From NCBI GenBank assembly GCA_963666975.2, contig CAXVYR010000003.1, positions 672,001-736,000 on the forward strand: a stretch of DNA of 64,000 bases. The letters run 5' to 3'. This DNA comes from Terriglobia bacterium. GTDB lineage: Bacteria > Acidobacteriota > Terriglobia > 2-12-FULL-54-10. Both the position numbers and the translations under genes were made by a program. Numbering within the stretch: position 1 is the stretch's first letter; each line of letters opens with the position of its first letter. Positions 37,055 through 46,466 of the stretch are shown piece by piece. Under the pieces are notes generated by a model. That model saw only the letters and a program-made list of their open reading frames with translations, had not been told where the DNA came from and ran no database searches.

Positions 37055-37069
37055 TTTCGCTTTTTGTTC
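37055..37069. promoter_or_regulatory. Candidate LexA box (GTTC-N7-GTTC type)
   Basis: TTTC-GCTTTTT-GTTC, one mismatch, just upstream of the radical SAM start. Confidence 0.55.
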
Positions 37070-37391
37070 TCCTACTGTCAAGCACAATTTCCGCGATCGC
37101 GGAGCGCGGCAAATGGTACAGGTCTGTTGGAGGGACAAATGGAATCCGAGCCGCGACAGTAATGGAGCGGTCAATTCGGCGCGGGAAATGGTACAGGCCG
37201 GTTGGCGGGTGGAGTTTTCCGCCTCTCCGGGAGTTCCAGGGGGGGCTGGAACGGTCTATAGCAATTGTGAAACTGGTGGTTTAGCGAAGGCGAGACGAGT
37301 CCCCGAAATTGGCACAAACAGGAAAGTTTGTTCTCTTCTCTTCTCTTCTCCTGCGCGAATTGAGTTTTCAATAAGTTAGGATGACTTCCCA

Positions 37392-37408
37392 TTGGTAGGG
37401 AAATTGCT
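37392..37408 (+). promoter_or_regulatory. Sigma54 -24/-12 promoter
   Basis: TTGGTAGGGAAATTGCT has GG-N10-GC spacing; an IHF-like TTTCAATAAGTTA lies at 37366-37378. Confidence 0.6.
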
Positions 37409-37465
37409 AATGCAATGCTCAGAAGCGGAAGTGGTTGTGTATCTTTTCAAATGGAGGACAGGCCC

Positions 37466-38134
37466 ATGATCCGGCGAACGGTTCGTTCTCTCTTCTTCCT
37501 GGTTTTCCTGGCGATTCCCGCTGTGGCGGTGGCCGATCCGATTACTTTTCTCTTTACGGGGAATGTAAACTTTGTGGACCCGCTCTTGGCTGGAACGTTT
37601 AACACGAGCCAAACCTTGGCGGGTTCCTATACGTTCGAGTCCACCCTTGCAGATACAGCACCGGCGGATCCTACAGTTGGATTTTACGGGCCGCTGACCG
37701 CACTCGACATTACAATTGGCGGCTACACGGCGGGGGTTGCTGACTTCAACAACATCGTGGTAAACAATGATGTTTTGGGATCGGACGGCTACAAGGTAAG
37801 TGGGCTTTGGGGTCCGTTCATCGGGATGGGGACAGGGCCCAGTGTGGCTGGGATCCCCCTAAACTTTTTTCAACTCAGTCTTGGGGATTTCACACAGACT
37901 GCATTTGACAGTGATGGTTTGCCTGTTATTCCTCCGGATCTATCGCGCTTTGGGACCAATGAGTGGCGGCTTACATTCCAAGCTGATTCTGCTGGTCCCG
38001 TGGCTCAGCTACGGGGGCAAATCACGTCCCTTGTACCCGTCCCGGAACCGGCCACGTTGTTTCTTTTGGGCTCCGGCTTGGCAGGCCTGGCGGGCTACGG
38101 AAGAAAGAAGCTTCGCCGAAAATCCTCTTCGTAG
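37466..38134 (+). CDS. PEP-CTERM sorting domain protein
   Basis: Signal peptide; VPEPATLFLLGSGLAGLAGYGRKKLRR. Confidence 0.95.
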   Translation: MIRRTVRSLFFLVFLAIPAVAVADPITFLFTGNVNFVDPLLAGTFNTSQTLAGSYTFESTLADTAPADPTVGFYGPLTALDITIGGYTAGVADFNNIVVNNDVLGSDGYKVSGLWGPFIGMGTGPSVAGIPLNFFQLSLGDFTQTAFDSDGLPVIPPDLSRFGTNEWRLTFQADSAGPVAQLRGQITSLVPVPEPATLFLLGSGLAGLAGYGRKKLRRKSSS

Positions 38135-38191
38135 AACGCCGCCAGGGTTTTCCTAGACTGTTTTCAGATTTGGTGTAGAGCGATATGATCT

Positions 38192-38370
38192 CGTCAGAGC
38201 ACGGCTTCAGCCGTGCCGACGAAGCAGAAAGGAAAGACGGCTTTAGCCGCTGAGGTGAGTGGTTTTGGTTTTCCGTCTACGGTCGATTTCAATTGGACAA
38301 ACCACCTCAGGGGCTAAAGCCCTGGATATCGGAGACGCGATATCGGCATGGATGAAGCCATGCCCTTACG
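38192..38370. repeat. REPIN-like inverted cluster of four hairpins
   Basis: GCACGGCTTCAGCCGTGCC + CGGCTTTAGCCGCTGAGG, mirrored by CCTCAGGGGCTAAAGCCC + GGCATGGATGAAGCCATGCC; same family as 12221-12283. Confidence 0.75.
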
Positions 38371-38427
38371 GAGCATAGCAGCCCCCGATTGAAGGCCGCA
38401 TGTGTTACAAATAGCCGAACCTACTCC

Positions 38428-39456
38428 TCACTGATTCACCGCCCGCTCGCTCCGGTGGGGCTGCCGATCGTCGTACTTGCCGAAGATCATCTTCCCGGCG
38501 GTGGTCTGCAAGACGCTGGTGACGGCAATGTCGATGGTCTTGGAGATCATCTTTTTGGCATTATCGACCACCACCATGGTGCCGTCGTCCAAGTAGGCCA
38601 CACCCTGGTTGTACTCCTTCCCTTCCTTCAGGATGAAGACCCGCATGGCCTCTCCGGGCAGCACGATGGGTTTCAGAGCATTAGCCAGCTCGTTGATGTT
38701 GAGCACATCAACACCCTGCAACTGGGCAATTTTGTTCAGGTTGAAGTCATTGGTGACGATCTTCGCTTCGTAGACCTTGGCCAGCTCGATCAGCTTCATG
38801 TCTACTTCGCGGACGTGAGGGAAGTCCTGGTCCACGATTTGGACACTCAGAGAGGCCATCTTTTGGATTTTCTGCAGGATGTCCAAGCCCCGGCGTCCCC
38901 GGTTGCGCTTGAGCGAGTCGGCCGAATCGGCCACCTGTTGCAGTTCCCGGAGGACGAACTGCGGGATCACCAGTATCCCGTCCAGGAAGCCCGTGGCACA
39001 GATGTCGGAGATGCGGCCGTCAATGATGACGCTGGTATCCAGAATTCGATACGCCCGCTTGCTCGACTTTTCGCTCCCGAAAATTCCTCCGAGCGCCGCC
39101 AAGTTCAGCATATCTCCCTTGGAAGCGCCCACCACCAAGCCGATATAAGTCATCCACAGCAGTAATAGAACCTGCAGAAATGAAAGAGTATTTTGATTTT
39201 GGGGAGTGGTTAATTGACCCAGCACCAGGGTCATTAAATAAGCGCCGATGATACCCAAAATCGAACCTACGGCAGCGCCGATCAGCCGCTTCAGGCTGAC
39301 GCGGTTCAGCCGCATTTCGAACAGCAGGATCGCAGCGCCGATGCCCAGCCCAGCCAGGCCGGCTATCTGCTGCTCCATGCCGAAGGGCCGTAAGTAGTAC
39401 GATACAAAAAACAGGATTACTAAAAACAGGAGTCGCACTATGACCCAATCCAACAC
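38428..39456 (-). CDS. PIN/TRAM domain membrane protein (YacL-like)
   Basis: Four TM segments; LDTSVIIDGRI, TNDFNL, YLDDGTMVVV. Confidence 0.95.
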   Translation of the reverse strand: MLDWVIVRLLFLVILFFVSYYLRPFGMEQQIAGLAGLGIGAAILLFEMRLNRVSLKRLIGAAVGSILGIIGAYLMTLVLGQLTTPQNQNTLSFLQVLLLLWMTYIGLVVGASKGDMLNLAALGGIFGSEKSSKRAYRILDTSVIIDGRISDICATGFLDGILVIPQFVLRELQQVADSADSLKRNRGRRGLDILQKIQKMASLSVQIVDQDFPHVREVDMKLIELAKVYEAKIVTNDFNLNKIAQLQGVDVLNINELANALKPIVLPGEAMRVFILKEGKEYNQGVAYLDDGTMVVVDNAKKMISKTIDIAVTSVLQTTAGKMIFGKYDDRQPHRSERAVNQ

Positions 39457-39793
39457 CGGACGTCACCTCCTTTCGGATAAAGGAACCCACGCTCCCGGAG
39501 ACCGGACTGAGCAAATGTGAATGAATGAATTGCCTCATCGGGTGCGTTTCCTTGGGTGCGTTTCATTGTCAGGCAAGGAAATATAAATCTGCTGCCGGTG
39601 CCCGCCATAAATCATGCCCTGCTCACAGTCCCGGCGACAGAAAGGGAACCTCACCATAGAACCGCCGGCACGAGTGTAGCACAGTCACGAAATCGTGAAA
39701 ACGGCAAACCCGGATAGCCTTCCATAGGAACAAACAGTCCCAGGAGCGGACGTTCAAAAGGCATGTTTCAGGAAGTCAAAGTCAGGGAAGATA

Positions 39794-40924
39794 TCAGCGG
39801 CGAACGCGCTTGCTGATTCCGCAGAAAATTTCATAGGCGATGGTTCCGGCCATTTCCGCCATATCCAAAGCCGTCAGCGAACACGAGCCCTTGCTCCCAA
39901 TCAGAATGACCTCTTCGCCTACCGCGACCTGCGGAATTTCGGTGACATCCAGCAGGGTCAGGTCCATGCTGATATTCCCGACGATGGGAGCGTATTTCCC
40001 GCAAAGGATTGCCTTCCCCTTGCCGGAAAGGCGCCGGTCCAATCCGTCGGCATAACCGGCCGGGATGGCGGCAATGCGGGAAAGGCGGGGTGTTACGTAA
40101 CGCCCCCCGTATCCCAGCGGAATGCCAGCCGGCACCTGCTTTACGGCGATTACGCGCGTCTTGAAAGTGAGAATTCCCTGGACGGGCAGAGAGCGGCAGC
40201 CAGGCTCCGGAGAGCCTTCCTTCGCGCGCACCGGAGGATGATAACCATAGAGCAACCCGCCGGGACGCACCATGTCATCCCAAGTTTCCGGACGGCTCAC
40301 AATGGCGGCGCTGTTGGCCTGGTGACAATACCGGGGACGAACCCCCGCGCGTGCCAGCGATTGCTTCACGGATTGAAACCGTTCGATCTGTTCTTCGGTC
40401 TGACGCGTCGTAAAGTCCTCCGCCGCCGCGAATTGCGTGAACAACCCTTCCAGTTCCACATGCTTCATCCGGCGGTGCACCCCTAAAAACGGTTCCACCT
40501 CCTGCCAGTGAATCCCCAGCCTGCCCATGCCGGTGTTGACCTTGAGGTGAAAAGGAATTGGTTTTCCGGTGTGCTGGCCCCAGGCTTCCAGCGCCCCCAA
40601 CTGGTCCTCCGAGTAAATGGCAGGAACCAAGTTATGATCGGTCAGCGCACGCTGCTCTCCCTCCCAGAAACCCGTCAGCAGGAGAATCGGCTGGGAAATT
40701 CCCAGGTCTCTCAATTCCACCCCTTCGTCGACCGAGGTGACGCCAAACCGGTCCACTCCCAGTCCGGCCAGGGGGACGGCGACTTCCTTCAATCCGTGGC
40801 CATAAGCGTCGGCCTTGACGACCGCCATGATCTCGCGTTGCGGCCCCACGTGCTGGCGGATGATCCGGTAATTTTCAGCAAGTTGTGAACGGGAAATTTC
40901 AACCCAGGTAGGTCGGGTGGACAT
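39794..40924 (-). CDS. alr: Alanine racemase
   Basis: AVVKADAYGHG, TGMGRLG, GYADG, SMD. Confidence 0.97.
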   Translation of the reverse strand: MSTRPTWVEISRSQLAENYRIIRQHVGPQREIMAVVKADAYGHGLKEVAVPLAGLGVDRFGVTSVDEGVELRDLGISQPILLLTGFWEGEQRALTDHNLVPAIYSEDQLGALEAWGQHTGKPIPFHLKVNTGMGRLGIHWQEVEPFLGVHRRMKHVELEGLFTQFAAAEDFTTRQTEEQIERFQSVKQSLARAGVRPRYCHQANSAAIVSRPETWDDMVRPGGLLYGYHPPVRAKEGSPEPGCRSLPVQGILTFKTRVIAVKQVPAGIPLGYGGRYVTPRLSRIAAIPAGYADGLDRRLSGKGKAILCGKYAPIVGNISMDLTLLDVTEIPQVAVGEEVILIGSKGSCSLTALDMAEMAGTIAYEIFCGISKRVRR

Positions 40925-40993
40925 CTATGGTTTCCTGTGACCAGCCACAAACAGCGCAGCCCACGCCTGCGCGCAGAGCCTTGAAGCCATTTT

Positions 40994-42352
40994 CTATTCC
41001 CATGAATCGGATTCGAAATCGTCCGCCGGGTTCCTGAACGAGGCAAATGCCGGGATGAAGACGATCCTCACATCCCCCGTGGGACCGTTGCGCTGTTTCG
41101 CAATGATGATTTTGGTCTGCCCCTCATTGTCTTCAGTCGGTTTCACCATGTCTTCACGGTACAGGAAAGCAACCACATCGGCGTCCTGTTCGATCTGTCC
41201 GCTCTCGCGCAGATCGGAAAGCCGGTACTCCCCCCCGCGCGTCTCCGGAGCCCGGCTCAGCTGGGAAACGGCCATCAGAGGGACGTTCAACTCCTTGGCC
41301 AGGCCTTTCAAGCCGCGCGAGATCGAAGAGATCTCTTGCATGCGGCTTTCAAACTTCCCCCGCCCGCTCATCAACTGGAGATAATCCACCATGATGAGGC
41401 CCAATCCGTGCTCGGCCTTCAAACGCCGCGCCTTGGCCCGCATTTCGGTGATCGAGAGCCCGGGCGTATCGTCAATAAAAATCGGGGCCTCCGCCAGCCG
41501 CCCCAGCCCCGCAGCCAGCTTGTTCCAGTCCTCTTTTTTATTCAGGTAACCGGCCCGCAGCTTGTGCGAATCCACATCCGATTCGGCGCAGAGCAACCGC
41601 AGCACCAAGGCTTCGCGCGACATCTCCAGGCTGAACAGAGCCGTGACTTGTTTCTGGTGGATAGCCGCGTACCGCGCAACGTCCAGCGCAAAGCTGGTCT
41701 TGCCCATCGAAGGGCGTCCGGCGATGATAATCAGGTCGGAGGATTGCAGGCCGCTGGTCATGTCATCGAACTTGCGGAAGCCGGTTTCGAGCCCCGTCAC
41801 CCGCTTGCCCCGCTCAAACAGCGCGTCAATGCTTTGGAAGCTGCCGCGAACGATCTCCGGAATGCTCAGAAATCCCGACCGAATCCTTTGTTCGCCGACC
41901 GAAAGCACCATGCTCTCGGAGGCGTCCAAAATCTCCTCGGCTTCCTCGGAACCCTCCAGGCAGCGCGCCGTAATGCTGCTGGAGACATGGATCAGACGGC
42001 GCAGCAGCGACTTGTCTTTCACAATCTTGGCGTAATGCTCGATGTTGCTCAGGCGGGGAAGGCCGTCGGTGAGTGAAGAAACGTAGCCGGCGCCCCCAAC
42101 GGCTTCCAGCTCATTGTGGCGCATCAACTCTTCGCTCAGCGTGACCAGATCAATGGGACGAGAATGTTCCGAAAGGTCCGTAATGCGAAGGAAGAGACGG
42201 CGGTGGCTGTCCAGGGAGAAGTCCTCGGAGGTAAGAACGGCCGCGGCCTGGTTGTAGGCGGAGTTGTCGAGCAGGATGGCGCCGAGCACCGAGCGTTCCG
42301 CATCCACATTGCTCGGCAGGCTTTTTACGAGGGTAGAGTCGTTCACTTCCAT
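40994..42352 (-). CDS. dnaB: Replicative DNA helicase
   Basis: GRPSMGKT, FSLEM, DYLQL, SDLRESGQIEQDAD, KQRNGP. Confidence 0.99.
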   Translation of the reverse strand: MEVNDSTLVKSLPSNVDAERSVLGAILLDNSAYNQAAAVLTSEDFSLDSHRRLFLRITDLSEHSRPIDLVTLSEELMRHNELEAVGGAGYVSSLTDGLPRLSNIEHYAKIVKDKSLLRRLIHVSSSITARCLEGSEEAEEILDASESMVLSVGEQRIRSGFLSIPEIVRGSFQSIDALFERGKRVTGLETGFRKFDDMTSGLQSSDLIIIAGRPSMGKTSFALDVARYAAIHQKQVTALFSLEMSREALVLRLLCAESDVDSHKLRAGYLNKKEDWNKLAAGLGRLAEAPIFIDDTPGLSITEMRAKARRLKAEHGLGLIMVDYLQLMSGRGKFESRMQEISSISRGLKGLAKELNVPLMAVSQLSRAPETRGGEYRLSDLRESGQIEQDADVVAFLYREDMVKPTEDNEGQTKIIIAKQRNGPTGDVRIVFIPAFASFRNPADDFESDSWE

Positions 42353-42372
42353 GGAGGAAAGTTGCGGATGGC

Positions 42373-42816
42373 CTATTCCTGCACTACATGCACATGGAGC
42401 GAGGCAGTCACCTCGCGGTGCAGACGCACAGGAACCGGGAACTCACCCAGTTGCTTGAGAGGCTCTTCTAAAATAATCTTGCGCCGATCGATTTGAAACC
42501 CTTGTTTCCCCAGAGCATCCTCGATGTCCAGCGAAGTAACCGAACCGAACAGAACGCCGTTTTCTCCTGCTTTACGGGCGATTTGAAGGGCCGCTTTTTC
42601 GAGCATTGCGGCAAGTTGCTCCGCTTCCCCCTTCTCGTGCGTTTCTCGCCGGAGGGCGGCTGCCTTCTCTTGCTCGACAACTTTCTTGTTGCCTTCCGTC
42701 ACCGGCATAGCCAGTTTTTGGGGAAGCAGAAAATTCCGGCCGTATCCGCCGCTGACCTTCACCACATCTCCCCGGCGCCCCAGGTTTGCAACATCTTCTC
42801 GAAGTATCAGTTCCAT
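42373..42816 (-). CDS. rplI: 50S ribosomal protein L9
   Basis: ELILREDVANLG...GYGRNFLLP. Confidence 0.98.
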   Translation of the reverse strand: MELILREDVANLGRRGDVVKVSGGYGRNFLLPQKLAMPVTEGNKKVVEQEKAAALRRETHEKGEAEQLAAMLEKAALQIARKAGENGVLFGSVTSLDIEDALGKQGFQIDRRKIILEEPLKQLGEFPVPVRLHREVTASLHVHVVQE

Positions 42817-42864
42817 CTGTTTCGCAACCACCCTTGATAATGAATTTCCCGGCAGCCCTCGCTG

Positions 42865-43137
42865 TTAGAAGTCGGCTGCAAAGGGCAAAAAGGCAATATT
42901 TCTGGCCTTCTTGATGGCTCGCGCCAAATGCTTTTGATGCGGCGCGCAGACTCCGGTGATACGGAGCGGCATAATCTTGCCCCGCTCCTGGATGAACTGT
43001 CCCAGCATCCTTACGTCTTTGTAGTCGATGTGGTCAATTTTCTCGACGCAAAACTTGCACACTTTTTTGCGCCGAAAATACTGCTTTCTGGGCCCTCCCT
43101 GCTGCGGACGAGAACCAGGCCTCCGTTGAAACGCCAT
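42865..43137 (-). CDS. rpsR: 30S ribosomal protein S18
   Basis: CKFC...IDYKD...AIKKAR. Confidence 0.98.
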   Translation of the reverse strand: MAFQRRPGSRPQQGGPRKQYFRRKKVCKFCVEKIDHIDYKDVRMLGQFIQERGKIMPLRITGVCAPHQKHLARAIKKARNIAFLPFAADF

Positions 43138-43228
43138 AAATTTCCTTTCCTGGGACGGTTATTTCGCCGTCCAGCAACCCGGAAGCGCCAGCCGGCGCTT
43201 CCTGCCGCAACCGCTTCCCCGTTACGGA

Positions 43229-43615
43229 TTAAGTGCTGGCCGCTGCTGCGGGTTCTCTTCCGGGCTTGGGCTTCTTGCGAGCCAGTTTTTTGGCCCGGAA
43301 CTGCTGGATTTTTTTCAGTCTCTTTGTTTGCTCATCCATCCGAACCGTCAAATACTTGATCACCGGGTCCGCCACCCGCAACCGGCGCTCCAACTCCCGC
43401 ACCGCCGCCACTTCGCATTCCAGCGCGAAAAGGACGTAATACCCTTCCCGGTATTTGCCGATCATATAGGCCAGCCGGCGACGGCCCATTCTTTCCGCCT
43501 GGTGTACGCTCCCCCCAGTGGAAGTCACAACCGTCTCCATTTGGGAAATGAACTGTTCCATCTCCTCTTCCGGAAGATCCGGTTTCAAAATAAAAATCGT
43601 CTCGTAAGTCCTCAT
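43229..43615 (-). CDS. rpsF: 30S ribosomal protein S6
   Basis: MRTYETIFILKP...GRRRLAY. Confidence 0.98.
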   Translation of the reverse strand: MRTYETIFILKPDLPEEEMEQFISQMETVVTSTGGSVHQAERMGRRRLAYMIGKYREGYYVLFALECEVAAVRELERRLRVADPVIKYLTVRMDEQTKRLKKIQQFRAKKLARKKPKPGREPAAAAST

Positions 43616-44244
43616 AGGTCGATTGTTTCCTGAGTTCCTGTTTCGCTCGATGCCTGCCGGCGCTCTTCACCGGACACCGGCCTTCGGCGGTTGAACAAAT
43701 TCATGGCCTTCGCTGTCCCGTCGCGCAAAATCGCTTCCACGGCGTCCGCAGCGCGCTCGACCATTTCTCCAGCCTCGCTCATTTGCGCCTTCTTAAAAGG
43801 AGCCAGCACGTACCGTACGGTATCCCTGATTTGACGCTCGGGACATATACCCATCCGCAAACGAGTGAACTGCTGCGAGCCAACTGCCTCTATAACCGAT
43901 TCCAGGCCGTGATGTCCTCCGGCTCCCCCTTTTTGGCGAATCCGGATACAGCCTAAGGGCAAATCCAGGTCGTCGGCTATGATCATCATATCTTGGGGCA
44001 GGCAGCCTTGTTTTGCAATCCATCCCTGGACGGCCATCCCGCTCAGGTTCATAAACGTTTGCGGCTTGATCAGCCAGACTTCCCTGCCGGCATATACAAA
44101 TCGTCCGCTGAGCGACTTGGCTTCTTTCCGCGTGACACGAACCGAGTGCCGCCGCGCCAAGCAATCCACCACCTGGCAACCCAGGTTGTGCGGGGAATTC
44201 AAATATTCCTCCCCCGGGTTTCCGAGGCCGAAAACAAATTTCAC
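43612..44244 (-). CDS. pth: Peptidyl-tRNA hydrolase
   Basis: GLGNPG, HNLG, KPQTFMNLSG, GGHHGL. Confidence 0.97.
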   Translation of the reverse strand: MKFVFGLGNPGEEYLNSPHNLGCQVVDCLARRHSVRVTRKEAKSLSGRFVYAGREVWLIKPQTFMNLSGMAVQGWIAKQGCLPQDMMIIADDLDLPLGCIRIRQKGGAGGHHGLESVIEAVGSQQFTRLRMGICPERQIRDTVRYVLAPFKKAQMSEAGEMVERAADAVEAILRDGTAKAMNLFNRRRPVSGEERRQASSETGTQETIDL

Positions 44245-44313
44245 GCACCCCGCTCTCCGAGGGACCGCTCGAAGCAAAGCCGCTACGGACATCTTACTTC
44301 CGATCTGCGCCTG

Positions 44314-44991
44314 CTAAGTCTCAGCCTCCTCTTTTCCTTCCTCGGCTGTCTTACCCTTCTTGATCAACTCCGGTTCCTCGGACGCCGCTTCGGCTTCCTC
44401 TCCCTCCGGCTTCACTACCTCCTCCACCTTGGGAGTCACCACGTGGCATATCACGCCGTCAGGATCGCTGAGGATATGAACTTTTTCTCCCGCTACCATT
44501 TGCAGCTCTGCAACCCGAAGATATTGACCCAGATCCAGCGATTCGATGCCAATTGTTAAGTGCTCGGGAATATCCGCCGGCAAACACTCGACCTCCACTT
44601 CCCGCCGGACCACTTCCAGAACGCCTCCCTGCAACTTAACCCCCGGAGCCTCCCCCGTGAGGACGACGTGTACAGAGACCTTGAGCTTTTTGTCCATCGC
44701 AATGCGCTTGAGGTCTGCGTGCAGCAGATGCCCGCGCACCGGCTCAAACTGCGTATCCACGATCATGGCCTGAGTGTGCTCGCCGCCTGAAATCTTAAGC
44801 TCAAAAATGGTGTTTTGTCCCGCCTGGGAACGCAGCACAACGCCCAATTGTTTGGGGCTCAGCGTAAGGGAGAGCGTCTCCTGCTTGTCTCCATACAGGT
44901 TGCCGGGCACGCGGCCAGCCTGGCGAATGCGTCGTGCGACATTCTTTCCGGTTTCCGTTCTTTTTTCGGCTTCAACGATTATTTGTTCCAT
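44314..44991 (-). CDS. rplY: 50S ribosomal protein L25/Ctc
   Basis: GKNVARRIR...PGNLYG...HAD; acidic tail. Confidence 0.97.
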   Translation of the reverse strand: MEQIIVEAEKRTETGKNVARRIRQAGRVPGNLYGDKQETLSLTLSPKQLGVVLRSQAGQNTIFELKISGGEHTQAMIVDTQFEPVRGHLLHADLKRIAMDKKLKVSVHVVLTGEAPGVKLQGGVLEVVRREVEVECLPADIPEHLTIGIESLDLGQYLRVAELQMVAGEKVHILSDPDGVICHVVTPKVEEVVKPEGEEAEAASEEPELIKKGKTAEEGKEEAET

Positions 44992-45021
44992 AGTGCGCCG
45001 GTCTACAGTCAGCTATTTCCG

Positions 45022-45966
45022 TCAAATAAACAGGGTGCTGACGGATGTCTCTTCGTGAATGGATTGAATCGCGCGCGCCAGAAGCTCGGCGACGCTCAAG
45101 ACCACGATGCGCTCGCAGCCTTTCGCTTTCTCTGACAAAGGAATCGAGTCCGTGACCACCACGCGGGTGATCCGCGACTTGCAAATCCGGTCGACCGCCT
45201 CGCCGGAGAACACCGGATGCGTGCAGCATGCGTACACGGCGGTCGCCCCTTGATCCAAGAGCGCATCGGAGGTTTTCACCAGCGTCCCGGCCGTATCGAT
45301 CATGTCGTCCACGATCACAGCGGTGCGGCCCTTGACCTTGCCGATGACGTGCATTACCTCGCTCACACCCAGCTCATCCCGCCTTTTGTCCACAATCGCC
45401 AGAGCCGTGTCCATCTTCTTCGCAAAAAACCGCGCCCTCTCCACCCCGCCTGCGTCCGGGGCGACAATGGTCAGATTCTGCAGGGCCAACTGGCGAAAAT
45501 ACTCCACTAAGACGGGAGCGGCGAACAGGTGGTCAACAGGGATCGCAAAAAACCCTTGAATTTGTGGGGCGTGCAGGTCCATTGTGAGCGCCCGGTTGGC
45601 TCCGGCGGTGGTGAGCAAGTCCGCAACCAATTTTGCCGAGACCGGCACGCGCGGCTTATCCTTACGGTCCTGCCGGGAATAGCCGTAATAGGAAATCACC
45701 GGGGTAATGCGGCGCGCCGAGGCACGCTTCAACGCGTCCATCATGAGCAGCAGTTCCATCAGGTTGGTGTCTACGGGGTTGCAGGTGGGCTGCACAACAA
45801 AAACATCCGCACCCCTCACGTTTTCGAGGATCTGCAAGCGAACCTCGCCGTCACTAAAGCGGGACACCAAGCCATCCGCCAGAGGAACTTCCAGAAAGCG
45901 GCAAATATCGCGCGCCAAGCTGGGATTGGCCGTTCCACAGAAAACTTTAAGACGATTTCGATCCAT
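45022..45966 (-). CDS. prs: Ribose-phosphate pyrophosphokinase
   Basis: FSDGE, YSRQDRK, DLHAPQIQGFF, VDDMIDTAGT. Confidence 0.99.
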   Translation of the reverse strand: MDRNRLKVFCGTANPSLARDICRFLEVPLADGLVSRFSDGEVRLQILENVRGADVFVVQPTCNPVDTNLMELLLMMDALKRASARRITPVISYYGYSRQDRKDKPRVPVSAKLVADLLTTAGANRALTMDLHAPQIQGFFAIPVDHLFAAPVLVEYFRQLALQNLTIVAPDAGGVERARFFAKKMDTALAIVDKRRDELGVSEVMHVIGKVKGRTAVIVDDMIDTAGTLVKTSDALLDQGATAVYACCTHPVFSGEAVDRICKSRITRVVVTDSIPLSEKAKGCERIVVLSVAELLARAIQSIHEETSVSTLFI

Positions 45967-46303
45967 GCTCAAACAAGAACGTCAAATCCCGGAAGACGTT
46001 GCCCATTTCCTAACATTGATTCACCAGATTTGGATGGGGCGCTGAGGACACAAATCTGAATGTTATGCGCCCAGGTCCCAGTCGCACAGCATCCGGAACC
46101 GCATGAAAACCCCAGGGATGCTCATTTTATTTGATCTTCCGCAGAAATGCAAGCGCCTGCAAACAAGCAAGCAAGAAAGCTTTACGCAATTTGCTGCCCT
46201 GCCCGAAGGCCGGACCGGGCAGGCCGGCGCTGCCGCGCAATCCTTTTTTTCTCCTAGCAAGAAAGGTACACTAATGCCCGGTTTTCTGGATGGCTGTGAG
46301 TTG

Positions 46304-46352
46304 CATTCCATATTCGACATTCAATATTCAACTTTCAACATGCAGCCTTCAG
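46304..46352 (+). repeat. Degenerate heptamer tandem repeat
   Basis: CATTCCA TATTCGA CATTCAA TATTCAA CTTTCAA CATGCAG CCTTCAG. Confidence 0.55.
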
Positions 46353-46466
46353 CCTTTTCGGTGCAGTCTTTTCAGCACAACCTTCTCAGTACAACCATGC
46401 CGGCACCAGAAACAAAAAGCGGGAAAGAGAGAAAGACGGGAAAGAGAGAAAGAAAGGAGTCATGCC

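Noticed and set aside
2722-39796. Genome-wide TGA recoding suggested by two in-frame TGAs
   Set aside because: Many intact genes (mec-operon moeB, rpmI, ymdB) end normally at TGA.
43138-43228. ssb between rpsF and rpsR
   Set aside because: Only about 90 bp with a GC hairpin; absence of ssb here is not unusual.
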